Assembly (NCBI GenBank): GCA_950097015.1
Contig: CATNEN010000034.1
Location: 7,316,001-7,380,000 of the forward strand
From: Macrostomum hystrix
Lineage: Eukaryota > Animalia > Platyhelminthes
Direction of reading: 5' to 3'
DNA: 64,000 nucleotides
Translations under genes and position numbers: made by a program
Notes under the pieces: generated by a model
The model's database searches: none
The model's input: the letters and a program-made list of their open reading frames with translations, nothing else
What the model was told of the DNA's origin: nothing
Shown here: piece after piece, positions 24,981 to 34,837 of the stretch
Numbering within the stretch: the stretch's first letter is position 1
Layout: each line of letters starts with the position of its first letter

Positions 24981-27900
24981 TCAGGGAGGTCCGTGTTCGG
25001 TCCTTCCTGCAGCTTGTTCCTCGCTGGGGAAGAAAGAGGCTCGTCTGGTAGCCCTTAGGAACCGGACGAGCCGCGGGATGTTCTCGGATCTGCAAACATC
25101 GTCCATTGATGGGTTTGGTCCGAGGTGATTGAGCCTCTCTCTGGTGAAGAAAGGGCAGTGGCAGACGAAGTGCAGGGCATCCTCGTCCTCAAGGTTGCAG
25201 AAAGGGCACAGCTCACTCCGGAGGTCTCCACGGAGGAAACAGTGTCTGGCGTAGCAGCCATGGCCCGTGAGGGTCATGGTGAGGGCCCGGATGTCCTTCC
25301 GGGTCTGGTTCAGAAGGACCTTCCGGAGCCGAGCGGATGGCACTGGAACTGCCGCTTTGGATTGGCGGCAGTTAGTGGTGCTTCTCCACCGGGTAAGATG
25401 GAGGTTGGCGGTCCAATCATTAATCTGACGATAAATGACGGTGCTCGGAATCGGAGCCGGGGGGGAGGGGCCCGGCGCAGAGCTGGCTCCTCCCTGCTTG
25501 GCCAGGTGGTCAGCAAGCTCGTTACCAGGGAAACCGGCGTGCCCTGGTATCCACTGAAGTCTGACGGTATTCTTACCGGCCAGGTTATTGAGCTGCCGGA
25601 CACAGTCGGAGACTGTCCGGGAGGTTGTGGTGGTGTGACAGAGGGCTTGCAGAGCGGCCTGACTGTCCGAGTGAAAGATGATAGTCCTGCCTGAGATGTT
25701 TTTCTCATTCAACTCCGCAGCGCAGGAGCTGATGGCCAGGACCTCGTTCTGGAAAACGCTCGAGGATTTTCCAGTGTGTTGGGCGTGTGTGGCGACAACA
25801 CGTCCGTTGATAAGGATACAGACCCCGAAGCCAGCGGAGCCATCCTTCATGGATCCGTCCGTGTAGCAGTGGACCTCCTGGGTGTTCCAGTGGTCGCTAA
25901 CTTGGTCCCTGGTGGGGATGAGAACCTTAAAGCGCTGAAGGAGGTTGAGCGAGCACGGTTCACCGTCCGTAAGGACATTGACTCCGTTGCTCGCACCCAA
26001 GTCTCTCAGGCAAAGGTCCGTGTGCGGCAGGAGCTTTCGCTTCGCTGCCGCTCGTTGGGGGACGAAGCGCACACCGGCATCAAGGAGACGCCGGGCGGTT
26101 TTTGCCGCCTCCCCGCGGATAAAGATATCGAGCGGGAGGATGTTCAAGAAGGCGTTGAGGCCATCGAAGGGGGCGGATGGCGGGGCGCTCATGATCGTCC
26201 GACATGCGCGACCTTGCACTCTCCGAAGAGTCTCATGGCAGGTCTTAAGCTGAAGGGCACTAGCCCAGATCAGTCCGGCGTACGAGACAGCCGGCCTGAC
26301 CATAGCAGTGTAGATCCACCATAGGCGTTTGGGGGTGAGACCCCACGTGTTGCCCACCGCCCTGCGCAGCTGCGCCAGGATCGCAAAGGCCTTTTTGGCT
26401 TTGGCATGGACATGAGGAGTCCAGCTGAGCCTGTGATCGAGCGTTATGCCCAGGCATTTAGTTTGCTTCTGGAAGGTGATGTCCTTTCCATACAGCTGCA
26501 GGGGGCGAATATGCCATTTGTTTTTGCTGGTGAACATGATCGCCGCTGTCTTAGACTCGGAGAGCTTCAGACCGCAGCGAGTTGCCCATCTTTCGGCGTT
26601 GTTGATAAAGTTTTGCAGAAGGTCTCGGAGGGCCTCTGGTACCGGGCCAGATGCCACTGCCGTAACATCATCCGCATAGCCGACCTTTAGGATGGGGTCT
26701 GGCTGAGAGTCTCGTAAGAGCTCGTCGATAACCATGTTCCAGAGAACTGGTGAGAGGACGCCGCCTTGTGGGCAACCTTTGCAGACAGTGACCGTCCGCT
26801 GGTGTCCAAGAAGGTGTGCCGTAGCAGTGCGGTGGCGGACCATGTACATGATCCACCTCCTAAGATGCGAATGCGTGTGCCGCATACGTAGGGCCCTGTC
26901 AAACGCCTCGAAGAGAACGTTGTCGAAGGCCCCGTCAATATCCAGGAAGATGCTCAGGGCAAAGCCGTTCCCGAGGACGGCCTTTTCCAGAGCGTCCACC
27001 AGAGCGTGGAGAGCGCTTTCGGTGGAACGTCCCGACCGAAAGGCGTGTTGATTGCCGCTTAGTGGCATATTTTTCAGCTCCACAGAGAGGAGGCGCCAGA
27101 GCACCAATCTCTCCATCAGTTTGACCATGGTGGAGGTAAGGCTAATTGGCCGAAACGATTTAATGGAATGGTAGTCCGGGCGGCCTGGCTTGGGGATAAA
27201 AACCACCCTCGCCTCGGTCCATGCCTTCGGAACATACCCAAGCACAATGCAGGCCTTAAGGAGCTTGCAAAGATTTGTGAGGAAGCCATGGCATTTTACC
27301 GCCTCGCGGATGAAGGCTGGTATAATGCCGTCCGGCCCCGGGGATTTGAAGGGTTTGAAAGACTGGGCTGCCTTGGTAACCCGGTCTTCAGTAATGATGG
27401 ACGTCGCAAGGATATGACCTCCCTCGGTGTGATCCGGGGGGTCTGTCCCTGCTGGCACGCTGGGGAAAAAGGCTGTGAGCATAGTGTCGAGCGTTTCCCC
27501 AGGGTTCTCGGTGGGTCGGCCATCGGCCTTCCTCACCGTCGAAAGCTTGGACATTTTGTCCAGCGTGAGGGCTTTGACAATTCTGGAGGTGGGGCGAGTG
27601 CCCTCAAGCTCCTCACAGTATTGCCGCCACTTGCTGTTTTTGGCGTTTCTGACTTCCTTCTTGAAGCTATGGATGGCTTCGAGATACGCAGCCTGATCAG
27701 CCGGGTTTTTTGTCTTCGTGGCCCTGCGGTGCAGCCGCTTCGCCGTTCGACGGAACTCGCCGAGCTGCGGATTCCACCATGGGGCCGAAGTTTTGCCTCT
27801 GTAAGCTTTGAGGGGGCAGGAGGCCTCGAAGGCGGTGGTCAGCGAGTTGGTGAGAAACTCAGCTAGCTCATCCGCTTCATCGCAGGTGTTGGCGGGGGGG

Positions 27901-28682
27901 CTTAGGTTTCGTTGGGTTCCTACGAGGTTATGCCTGAAGGCTTCCCAATCGGTATTCCTAGCGTTCCTTTTCCAAATGATCTGGTTAGTGCAGCGTGCAC
28001 CCGCCAGTTGGAAAGAGATGTATTTATGATCGGAGAGGGAGGTCTCCGGCAGAACCTGCCACTCCCTAAGGCTCTGGTAGAGCCCAGGTGTGGCTAGAGT
28101 GGCGTCGATGACCTCAGACCACCGGCCATTGTCAAAGGTCGGGGTGCTCCCTGTGTTGCAGAACTCCAGGGACGTGGTTAAGATGTAGGCAAGGAGGTCC
28201 TCGCCTCTCGAGTTAATGTCAGAGCTCCCCCAGTGGGTGTGGTGGGCGTTAATATCGCCAGCCACTATGAGCTCATGGTTTTTGGCAGCGCAGGTTTCAA
28301 TCAGAGAGATCAGCTCCTCAGGGACTGCCGGCCTGTCGCCCGGTAAGTAAACCGAGGCGATTAGGACGGTTTTTCCTGGGAGGATGTTCTCCGTCTGGAT
28401 GACACAGGTGTCCCGATCAGAAAGGTCGGGTCTGTGCCAGGCGTTGAGGGAGTCTCTCACGAGGATGCACGCCCTGGGAGTTTGGTTCTCCCAGTGACGG
28501 CTGTTGTAGAGGCAGTGATACCCATTGGGTACATTTTGAGGCTTACCTTTATGAGTCCACGGCTCCTGGACGAGGATGAGACCCGGCATGTTGAGCTCGA
28601 CATAGCGCATCAGATTGACGGATGCAGCTATGCAGTGTTGCAGGTTAACCTGCAGGCAGGTGATCCCAGTGTGGCCGATCAT
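24981..28682 (-). CDS. LINE ORF2, 1233 aa: AP endonuclease, reverse transcriptase, RNase H, CCHC zinc finger
   Basis: APE: QVNLQH, VQEP, SVYLP, AGDINAHH, SDH. RT: QHAFRSGRST, FLDIDGAFD, GCPQGGVLSP, GYADD, LGITLD. RNase H: CYTDGS, NEVLAI, SDSQAAL, WIPGH, GNELAD. Zinc finger CX2CX8HX4C (CPFCNLEDEDALHFVCHC). Confidence 0.97.
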   Translation of the reverse strand: MIGHTGITCLQVNLQHCIAASVNLMRYVELNMPGLILVQEPWTHKGKPQNVPNGYHCLYNSRHWENQTPRACILVRDSLNAWHRPDLSDRDTCVIQTENILPGKTVLIASVYLPGDRPAVPEELISLIETCAAKNHELIVAGDINAHHTHWGSSDINSRGEDLLAYILTTSLEFCNTGSTPTFDNGRWSEVIDATLATPGLYQSLREWQVLPETSLSDHKYISFQLAGARCTNQIIWKRNARNTDWEAFRHNLVGTQRNLSPPANTCDEADELAEFLTNSLTTAFEASCPLKAYRGKTSAPWWNPQLGEFRRTAKRLHRRATKTKNPADQAAYLEAIHSFKKEVRNAKNSKWRQYCEELEGTRPTSRIVKALTLDKMSKLSTVRKADGRPTENPGETLDTMLTAFFPSVPAGTDPPDHTEGGHILATSIITEDRVTKAAQSFKPFKSPGPDGIIPAFIREAVKCHGFLTNLCKLLKACIVLGYVPKAWTEARVVFIPKPGRPDYHSIKSFRPISLTSTMVKLMERLVLWRLLSVELKNMPLSGNQHAFRSGRSTESALHALVDALEKAVLGNGFALSIFLDIDGAFDNVLFEAFDRALRMRHTHSHLRRWIMYMVRHRTATAHLLGHQRTVTVCKGCPQGGVLSPVLWNMVIDELLRDSQPDPILKVGYADDVTAVASGPVPEALRDLLQNFINNAERWATRCGLKLSESKTAAIMFTSKNKWHIRPLQLYGKDITFQKQTKCLGITLDHRLSWTPHVHAKAKKAFAILAQLRRAVGNTWGLTPKRLWWIYTAMVRPAVSYAGLIWASALQLKTCHETLRRVQGRACRTIMSAPPSAPFDGLNAFLNILPLDIFIRGEAAKTARRLLDAGVRFVPQRAAAKRKLLPHTDLCLRDLGASNGVNVLTDGEPCSLNLLQRFKVLIPTRDQVSDHWNTQEVHCYTDGSMKDGSAGFGVCILINGRVVATHAQHTGKSSSVFQNEVLAISSCAAELNEKNISGRTIIFHSDSQAALQALCHTTTTSRTVSDCVRQLNNLAGKNTVRLQWIPGHAGFPGNELADHLAKQGGASSAPGPSPPAPIPSTVIYRQINDWTANLHLTRWRSTTNCRQSKAAVPVPSARLRKVLLNQTRKDIRALTMTLTGHGCYARHCFLRGDLRSELCPFCNLEDEDALHFVCHCPFFTRERLNHLGPNPSMDDVCRSENIPRLVRFLRATRRASFFPSEEQAAGRTEHGPP

Positions 28683-30265
28683 GGTCCAGCGGGAGTCTCC
28701 TTGAGCAGCTCGTCCTCCTCAGACGGGGTCGGGCTGCAGACCTCCATGAGTAGCGGCGCGCCCGCAACCGCTGTGGAGGGAACGGCGGGAATCGCTGCGG
28801 AGAGCTGCTGCTCTGACCGCTGCGTGTCCCGGCCGCTCCACCCAACAACGGTGCAGTCGCTGCCGTCACTCGACGCCTCGCCCTCGGGGGTCGGGTCCGT
28901 GTGGATGGCAGCCTCCTTCCGGTGAGGGGGATCCTCAGACCAGTCGGTGGCCACCGCTCCGTGGGTCCCGGCACTTTGCGGCTGGCTGGGAGGAAGGGAG
29001 GTTTGCGCTTTTGTAGCGCGGGAGCGCTCCAGGTGCTCTCTGAGCGCTCGGGCTTCGCTGAGCGCCCGCAAGACCAGGCCCGATTTGCGGTTGTTGCGGG
29101 CTGGTCTACGATCTCGGGGGCCGGATTCGGCGATGCGGATATTTTTGCCCGGGCGGGGGTCCGCGGACGTTGCATGCCGCTTAGCTGGCGGAGCTTTCGC
29201 CATAGAGCCAGGAGCGGCCCGCTTATTTTCCGATCCCTCCCCGACCTTCCTCTCCTGACAATCCAGGATGGTCAGCGGGTAGAGTCCCGGTTTGATTACG
29301 CTCTTGTGAGGGATCCTTTTGGACCAGGCTTCGGAGAAGCCGTAGATCGCCGTGAAACCCTCCGCTTCTTTGCGGACGGTTTCGTGGCAGATCAGCCCGG
29401 AGGCTGGGAGGTCCGGGTTCATCTTCAGCAGCAGCTGCCGAAGTTGGTCCCCGGACCGGATTGAGCAGGCGTCGGGGACCCAGACACGGTGACGTCGGGT
29501 CCGTGGACGCTCGGACTCGGTGGTGCACCTCAGTCTTCCGACATCGGTGCCCCACTTGAAGTCTTTGATCCGATCGCGCAGTAGGCGGCTATCCCCCGCC
29601 GATTTGCACCAGAGGAGGACAGCCCCCTCCTGCGCTTCGGACCTGACAACGCTGACTGGTGTCCCTGCCAGTGCCAGGTCCGTGAGGCCCTCGTCGATGG
29701 TCCTGAGCATGCTTTTGAGCTGCTCGTTTGAGAGGTCCTGTTCCTCGCCGACCACAATGATCGCCGGCTGGACAGGCTCCCGCTTGGCTTTGGAGGCATA
29801 GGTCTCCTTGGCCTTGCTGGCGTTGGACGTGCCGGCCTTGTGGGTGGTGGTGGCCGTGATGGCGGTGGGGGCGGCGGCTCCAGATGGCCCTGCTGCGCCT
29901 TCCACGCTCTTTCCGTCGGCGTCGGTGCCGGCCTTGGAGATGGTGCTGGCCGGAGCGGCGGTGGGGGGGGCGGCGGATCCAGGTGGCCCTGCCGCATCTT
30001 TCGCACCCGCCTCGTGTGCAGGTGTCGGGCGCCCACCAGTCGCGGCCGCCGCAGCATTACGGCGGCGTTCGTTGCGCTTCTGGTTGCGCCTTACACGCGC
30101 TTCCTCCGAGCGCTTGCGGCTCGGGTTGCGTTTATTCTGGTCGACGATTTCAGTGGCGGGATTCTCAGTCCCACCAGCTGCACCGAGGACGTGGGACCTG
30201 CCAGTGGCAGCGTCCGGAGCGGCCGAGTTTAGCTCGGTTTCGAAAGAAGAGATGGGCGAGGCCAT
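28679..30265 (-). CDS. LINE ORF1, 528 aa from ATG 30265: basic/Ala-rich N-terminus and a DUF4780-like central domain; no CCHC knuckle seen
   Basis: Long open frame upstream of ORF2. The segment RVWVPD...QLRQLLLKMNPDL...AIYGF...GLYPLTIL resembles LOA-clade ORF1 domains (recognised from memory, not searched). Confidence 0.85.
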   Translation of the reverse strand: MASPISSFETELNSAAPDAATGRSHVLGAAGGTENPATEIVDQNKRNPSRKRSEEARVRRNQKRNERRRNAAAAATGGRPTPAHEAGAKDAAGPPGSAAPPTAAPASTISKAGTDADGKSVEGAAGPSGAAAPTAITATTTHKAGTSNASKAKETYASKAKREPVQPAIIVVGEEQDLSNEQLKSMLRTIDEGLTDLALAGTPVSVVRSEAQEGAVLLWCKSAGDSRLLRDRIKDFKWGTDVGRLRCTTESERPRTRRHRVWVPDACSIRSGDQLRQLLLKMNPDLPASGLICHETVRKEAEGFTAIYGFSEAWSKRIPHKSVIKPGLYPLTILDCQERKVGEGSENKRAAPGSMAKAPPAKRHATSADPRPGKNIRIAESGPRDRRPARNNRKSGLVLRALSEARALREHLERSRATKAQTSLPPSQPQSAGTHGAVATDWSEDPPHRKEAAIHTDPTPEGEASSDGSDCTVVGWSGRDTQRSEQQLSAAIPAVPSTAVAGAPLLMEVCSPTPSEEDELLKETPAGP

Positions 30266-31168
30266 GGCTGAAAAGCAGGTGGGGGGCTGCTCGTTACACG
30301 AGTGAGAAAAGCCCGACTGGCCGACACCCCAAGCCAGCCGGGAGCAGCAAAAAAAAGGCACCGCATCAGTTCCTCCCAGTGGAACTGGCCTCCCATCAGT
30401 TCTCTTGTCGATGTTATCGCTGGCCAACGAGTTGACGTACGCGAGCTGCTGGCACTAAACCAATAAGGTGGCAGCGATGACCAACTGGGGAGTTGATTAA
30501 TCTTGCTTTTCAAAGCCCCATGCGGTACAAGAGCCAGTTCTGATAACAGTGAGCTTAACGGGACTTGTCAGGCGACTGTCTTATCTGAGTCAAGAGTAGA
30601 GTCTGAGACATTAAGTCCCAGCTGTTCCCTCTGTCTTGTCCAGCCATCACTCCGCGTGTCCCAACTGTGCAATCTCCTCGATATTGTGCCTGTCTAAAAT
30701 TTGCTTAACTGTCCACCTATATGAGATGAGGGGCAGAAATGCCATCGATCTTCTCTCAGCCTTTATTTTCTCTATTAGATAGCTTTGAGCATGAGTTCGG
30801 TGTCGGCCGTTTCTTGGGTGCAGCCCAATTTCCTTGAGAGCACTATCCGAACCCATATGCTGAGCTGTGCGATCGCTCACCTAACACTCCCACCTTTCTC
30901 CTTCTCTCTTAGACGTCACTACTCATGCCGCACTCAACGCCAACTCCAATCAGGCAGTCGCTCTCTGCGTTTGACGCTCACGCACTCAGCAGGGGTGGGC
31001 CACTTAGGATGCTCCATTCAAATTCACACTCCCAATATGAACAATTCCTTCACTCTTCATTCTCTGCGAATTCTCAGAAATAGCTCTCGATGAGGCTTTT
31101 TAAATGTCGATTTCAACACTTTTCTATCTGTCCACCTACCTATCGGCCTCGGTGCGGAGACTTTTAGT

Positions 31169-31375
31169 GTTTCACTTCCCTGAGGCTTCACTTCCCTGAA
31201 GTTTCACTTCCCTGAAGTTTCACTTCCCTGAAGTTTCACTTCCCTGAAGTTTCACTTCCCTGAAGTTTCACTTCCCTGAAGTTTCACTTCCCTGAAGTTT
31301 CACTTCCCTGAAGTTTCACTTCCCTGAAGTTTCACTTCCCTGAAGTTTCACTTCCCTGAAGTTTCACTTGCCTGA
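31169..31375. repeat. 16-bp minisatellite array A3
   Basis: Read directly; very homogeneous. Confidence 0.95.
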
Positions 31376-31544
31376 TTTTGTCACGATTAACTCATAATTT
31401 TATTTAGAAATCTTATGATAAGCCATGCCGATGTTTCTCAACAAAGTGGTCTATAATCGTTCCAAAATTAAAATCTGTCTTTAAACATTTTGACTTAAAT
31501 TGAGAGTGTTGCGTCTTTACAAATTTAGTTGTCCTTTGTCCAAC

Positions 31545-31685
31545 CTGCATACTTACCATCTACCTACCAACCTACCTACCTATCTACCTACCTACCTATC
31601 TACCTACCTATCTACCTACCTACCTACCTACCTACCTACCTACCTACCTACCTACTTACCTACCAATCTAGCCACCTATCTAATA
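31545..31685. repeat. (CCTA)n microsatellite
   Basis: Read directly. Confidence 0.9.
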
Positions 31686-32049
31686 TATTGCTAACAGCAC
31701 TAGTCAGCGATTGTCCCAAGCGCACAGCTCCCTGTTTCTGGCATCAAATTGAGATTGGTAGTTGACAGTATCGTGTCAAACTTTTTTTTCTAACTCAATC
31801 AACTCAATCTGCAGGCTTTTGGTTGAAGAATGGCGCGCCTATTATTTACTGCAGCATAGATTTGCCCAGAATGCCTTTTCTAGTAGCTAATCTAAAATCT
31901 TGCTTCTCACATCCTTCTCTCCTTCTTCTTGTTCGCTTAAGGTTTTTCTAGCACAACTAGCCGTGTCAGTCACTCTTCTGCAGCCTCTCTTCCTTGATCC
32001 CCCCTCCCAGAAAAGGGATCTGAATCCATCTAACTTGCCAGCTTGAGCT

Positions 32050-32100
32050 GACAGCGGAAGTGGCGGAGTTTCCAAGACTGAAATCACCGGAAGTCAGACT
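32050..32100. promoter_or_regulatory. Two ETS-type CGGAAGT motifs in a GC-richer patch; possible ZC3H10 promoter
   Basis: GCGGAAGTG and CCGGAAGTC about 1.4 kb upstream of the ZC3H10 ATG. Motif match only. Confidence 0.3.
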
Positions 32101-32499
32101 ATTCCCTCTCTGGTTTGGCCGCTGTGCCCGGAGATTTCCTGGAAGCAGGCTGCTACTATACAGCAGAAACGGGTGGAAAACACGGGGAGATGATGACTGC
32201 TCCCAGTTCAGGATATGGCACGAATTTGAGTTGCCAGAGGCTAATTGTACATGGTTTGCTTTTTCAAGTTACTCGTAGATTTTTCTTTATTCCAACTTCA
32301 CACATACATCCCCAACATATATTAATGGTGTACTCAAGCAGCAATGACTGTCTGAAATGAATCGTATCGATCCAAGTAATTAGCTTATTTTCGGTTCACT
32401 AATTGTGCCAGCAAATCATTTAACTATTTTGCTAAAGTACAAATATACCTTATTATGTGCATATGCAAATCTATTTTTCCTTTTCTGCCTTACTGATTG

Positions 32500-33362
32500 T
32501 TCACTTCCCTGAAGTTTCACTTCCCTGAGGTTTCGCTTTCATGAGGTTTCACTTCCCTGAAGTTTCACTTCCCTGAAGCTTCACTTCCCTGAAGTTTCAC
32601 TTCCCTGAAGTTTCACTTCCCTAAAGTTTCACTTCCCTGAAGTTTAGCTTTCATGAAGTTTCACTTCCCTGAAGTTCCACTTCCCTGAAGTTTCACTTCC
32701 CTGAAGTTTCACTTCCCTGAAGCTCCACTTCCCTGAAGTTTCCCTTCTTTGAAGTTTCACTTCCCTGAAGCTCCACTTCCCTGAAGCTCCACTTCCCTGA
32801 AGTTTCACTTCCCTGAAGCTCCACTTCCCTGAAGTTTCACTTCCCTGAAGCTCCACTTCCCTGAAGTTTCACTTCCCTGAAGTTTTACTTCCCTGAAGTT
32901 TCACTTCTCTGAAGTTTCACTTCTCTGAAGTTTCACTTCCCTGAAGTTTCACTTCCCTAAAGTTTCACTTCCCTGAAGTTTCACTTCCCTGAAGTTTCAC
33001 TTCCCTGAAGTTTCGCTTTCATGAAGTTTCACTTCCCTGAAGTTTCACTTCCCTGAAGTTTCACTTCCCTGAAGTTTCACTTCCCTGAAGTTTCACTTCC
33101 CTGAAGTTTCACTTCCCTGAAGTTTCACTTCCCTGAAGTTTCACTTCCCTGAAGTTTCACTTCCCTGAAGTTTCACTTCCCTGAAGTTTCACTTCCCTGA
33201 AGTTTCACTTCCCTGAAGTTTCACTTCCCTGAAGTTTCACTTCCCTGAAGTTTCACTTCCCTGAAGTTTCACTTCCCTGAAGTTTCACTTCCCTGAAGTT
33301 TCGCTTTCATGAAGTTTCACTTCCCTGAAGTTTCACTTCCCTGAAGTTTCGCTTCCTTGAAG
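32500..33362. repeat. 16-bp minisatellite array A4, ending about 120 bp upstream of the ZC3H10 ATG
   Basis: Read directly. Confidence 0.95.
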
Positions 33363-33478
33363 TTATTAGATTGTCAGAGATTTTCTATACAAGAATCTAT
33401 ACAAAATTTCAGAACATCATAAATCAGGCTCAAGTGTCAAACTGCACTGACACTGCAGTCTACACCGACTCCGAGTTC

Positions 33479-34837
33479 ATGAATCCCTTCAGTGTCGACA
33501 TAGGCGCCAAGAGCGATTCAGGCGACAGCGGTCTGGGCGCCGCCGGCTCACCTGACGGCGCATCTACTGGCGCATCGGCGTCCGCTGTCTGTCGCGACTT
33601 TCTGCGCCACGTGTGCAAGCGCGGCCGACGCTGCCGCTACCGGCACCCGGAGCCGGAGGAGTGCGCGAGGCTGGCTCGCTCAGCGGAGCCGGTCTTCTGT
33701 CACGACTACCAGAACGGCGGCTGCCAACGACCGGCTTGCCGGTTCGCCCACTGCAGCCGCGAGGAGGAGGCGGCCTATAGGAGCAGCGGCGTCCTGCCGG
33801 CCTGTCTGCTGCAGGACCAGCTGGAGCTGCAGGACCAGCTGCTGGCGGATTCGAGTCTCAACCCATCTGCCGCGGGACCAAATGGCGTGTCTACGGATGT
33901 CGGCAACAATGCGGTACCGCTGCAGCAGCCGCCAATTTGTAAGGACTTTCTTAAAGGGGCCTGCGTTCGAGGCAGCCGATGCCGATTTCGACACGTTGAA
34001 CAGCCAGCGCAGCCGGTGCCACAGAATCAGCCGCAGGCGCCACCGCAGCCAGCTGTGACGACTGCTTCAATGGAGGAGCTCACATTCGAGCTGACTAAAC
34101 GGCGCCGGGTGGAATTGCCTGAGCAATTGTCAGTGCAGAATGCACTTGCGGAGAAACAGACACAGCTGCAGCAGCAGCAGCATGCTATTATGACCTTCGC
34201 TGCATCAACTACCTCGACGTCGACAACAACTCCCGTCTCGACGCCGAATGCAGCTGCGGCAGCGGCGGCAGCAGCAGCAGCAGCCGCATTCGGCTTCCTA
34301 CCGGCTGGCAACGTCGGTGGCTCCGGGATCGGCGGTCACGACTGGAGCGGCCGCTGCGAGGTTCGCATGCTGGCTGAGGAGAATGCTACCCTGCGACGAC
34401 GACTCGACGAGTTGCGACGTCAGTGCGGCGACCTGCTGGCCGCCAACGAGCTGCTTCTGGATCAGAATGCCCGACTGCGCAGTACAGTCGCGAGCTGCGG
34501 TGGCGGTGGCGGCATTGGCGGCAACGGCGGAATTGGCTGCACAAAGTTTCCCCTGACCGCACCGCCTACAATGGACGTGCTGACCTACGCGCACGCCGCC
34601 ATGAACGATTTCGCCGCCGCTGTTTGCGCCGCCTCGGCTGTAGCAGCCGCCTCAGCTGGCGGACCTGTTGGGCAGTCGCATTTGCCACCACCGCCGCCGC
34701 TGCAGCCGCCAACGCCGACGGCGCCAACGACGCATCCGACGCCGACATCTAATGCCGCGGCGGTTCAGGCTGCAGCAGCGGCAGCAGCGTTTTTTGCCTT
34801 TCAACCGACGGTCAAGCTGGGCGGACATCTGCCGTAG
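33479..34837 (+). CDS. ZC3H10: ZC3H10-like CCCH zinc-finger protein, single coding exon (first ATG 33479)
   Basis: Three CCCH fingers (VCRDFLRHVCKRGRRCRYRHP; FCHDYQNGGCQRPACRFAH; ICKDFLKGACVRGSRCRFRH) and a coiled coil ENATLRRRLDELRRQCGDLLAANELLLDQNARLR. Confidence 0.93.
   Translation: MNPFSVDIGAKSDSGDSGLGAAGSPDGASTGASASAVCRDFLRHVCKRGRRCRYRHPEPEECARLARSAEPVFCHDYQNGGCQRPACRFAHCSREEEAAYRSSGVLPACLLQDQLELQDQLLADSSLNPSAAGPNGVSTDVGNNAVPLQQPPICKDFLKGACVRGSRCRFRHVEQPAQPVPQNQPQAPPQPAVTTASMEELTFELTKRRRVELPEQLSVQNALAEKQTQLQQQQHAIMTFAASTTSTSTTTPVSTPNAAAAAAAAAAAAAFGFLPAGNVGGSGIGGHDWSGRCEVRMLAEENATLRRRLDELRRQCGDLLAANELLLDQNARLRSTVASCGGGGGIGGNGGIGCTKFPLTAPPTMDVLTYAHAAMNDFAAAVCAASAVAAASAGGPVGQSHLPPPPPLQPPTPTAPTTHPTPTSNAAAVQAAAAAAAFFAFQPTVKLGGHLP

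Larger units (their letters stand above)
24867..31168 (-). mobile_element. Apparently full-length non-LTR retrotransposon, LOA/R1-like (I group), with RNase H
   Basis: Two intact ORFs, a short tandem tail (TAAGTCAAAG TAAGTCAAG), and GTTTC on both flanks (24862-24866, 31169-31173). Inclusion of 30386-31168 as 5' UTR is inferred. Confidence 0.9.

Noticed and set aside
30266-30427. N-terminal extension of LINE ORF1 from the TTG at 30427
   Set aside because: Non-ATG start that crosses the X boundary; the first ATG is at 30265.
25125-30435. Many overlapping ORFs antisense or out of frame within the LINE
   Set aside because: Expected in GC-rich coding DNA; no independent motifs.
33371-33478. N-terminal extension of ZC3H10 from TTG 33371
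   Set aside because: Non-ATG start directly after the array; the ATG at 33479 fits the family's start position better.
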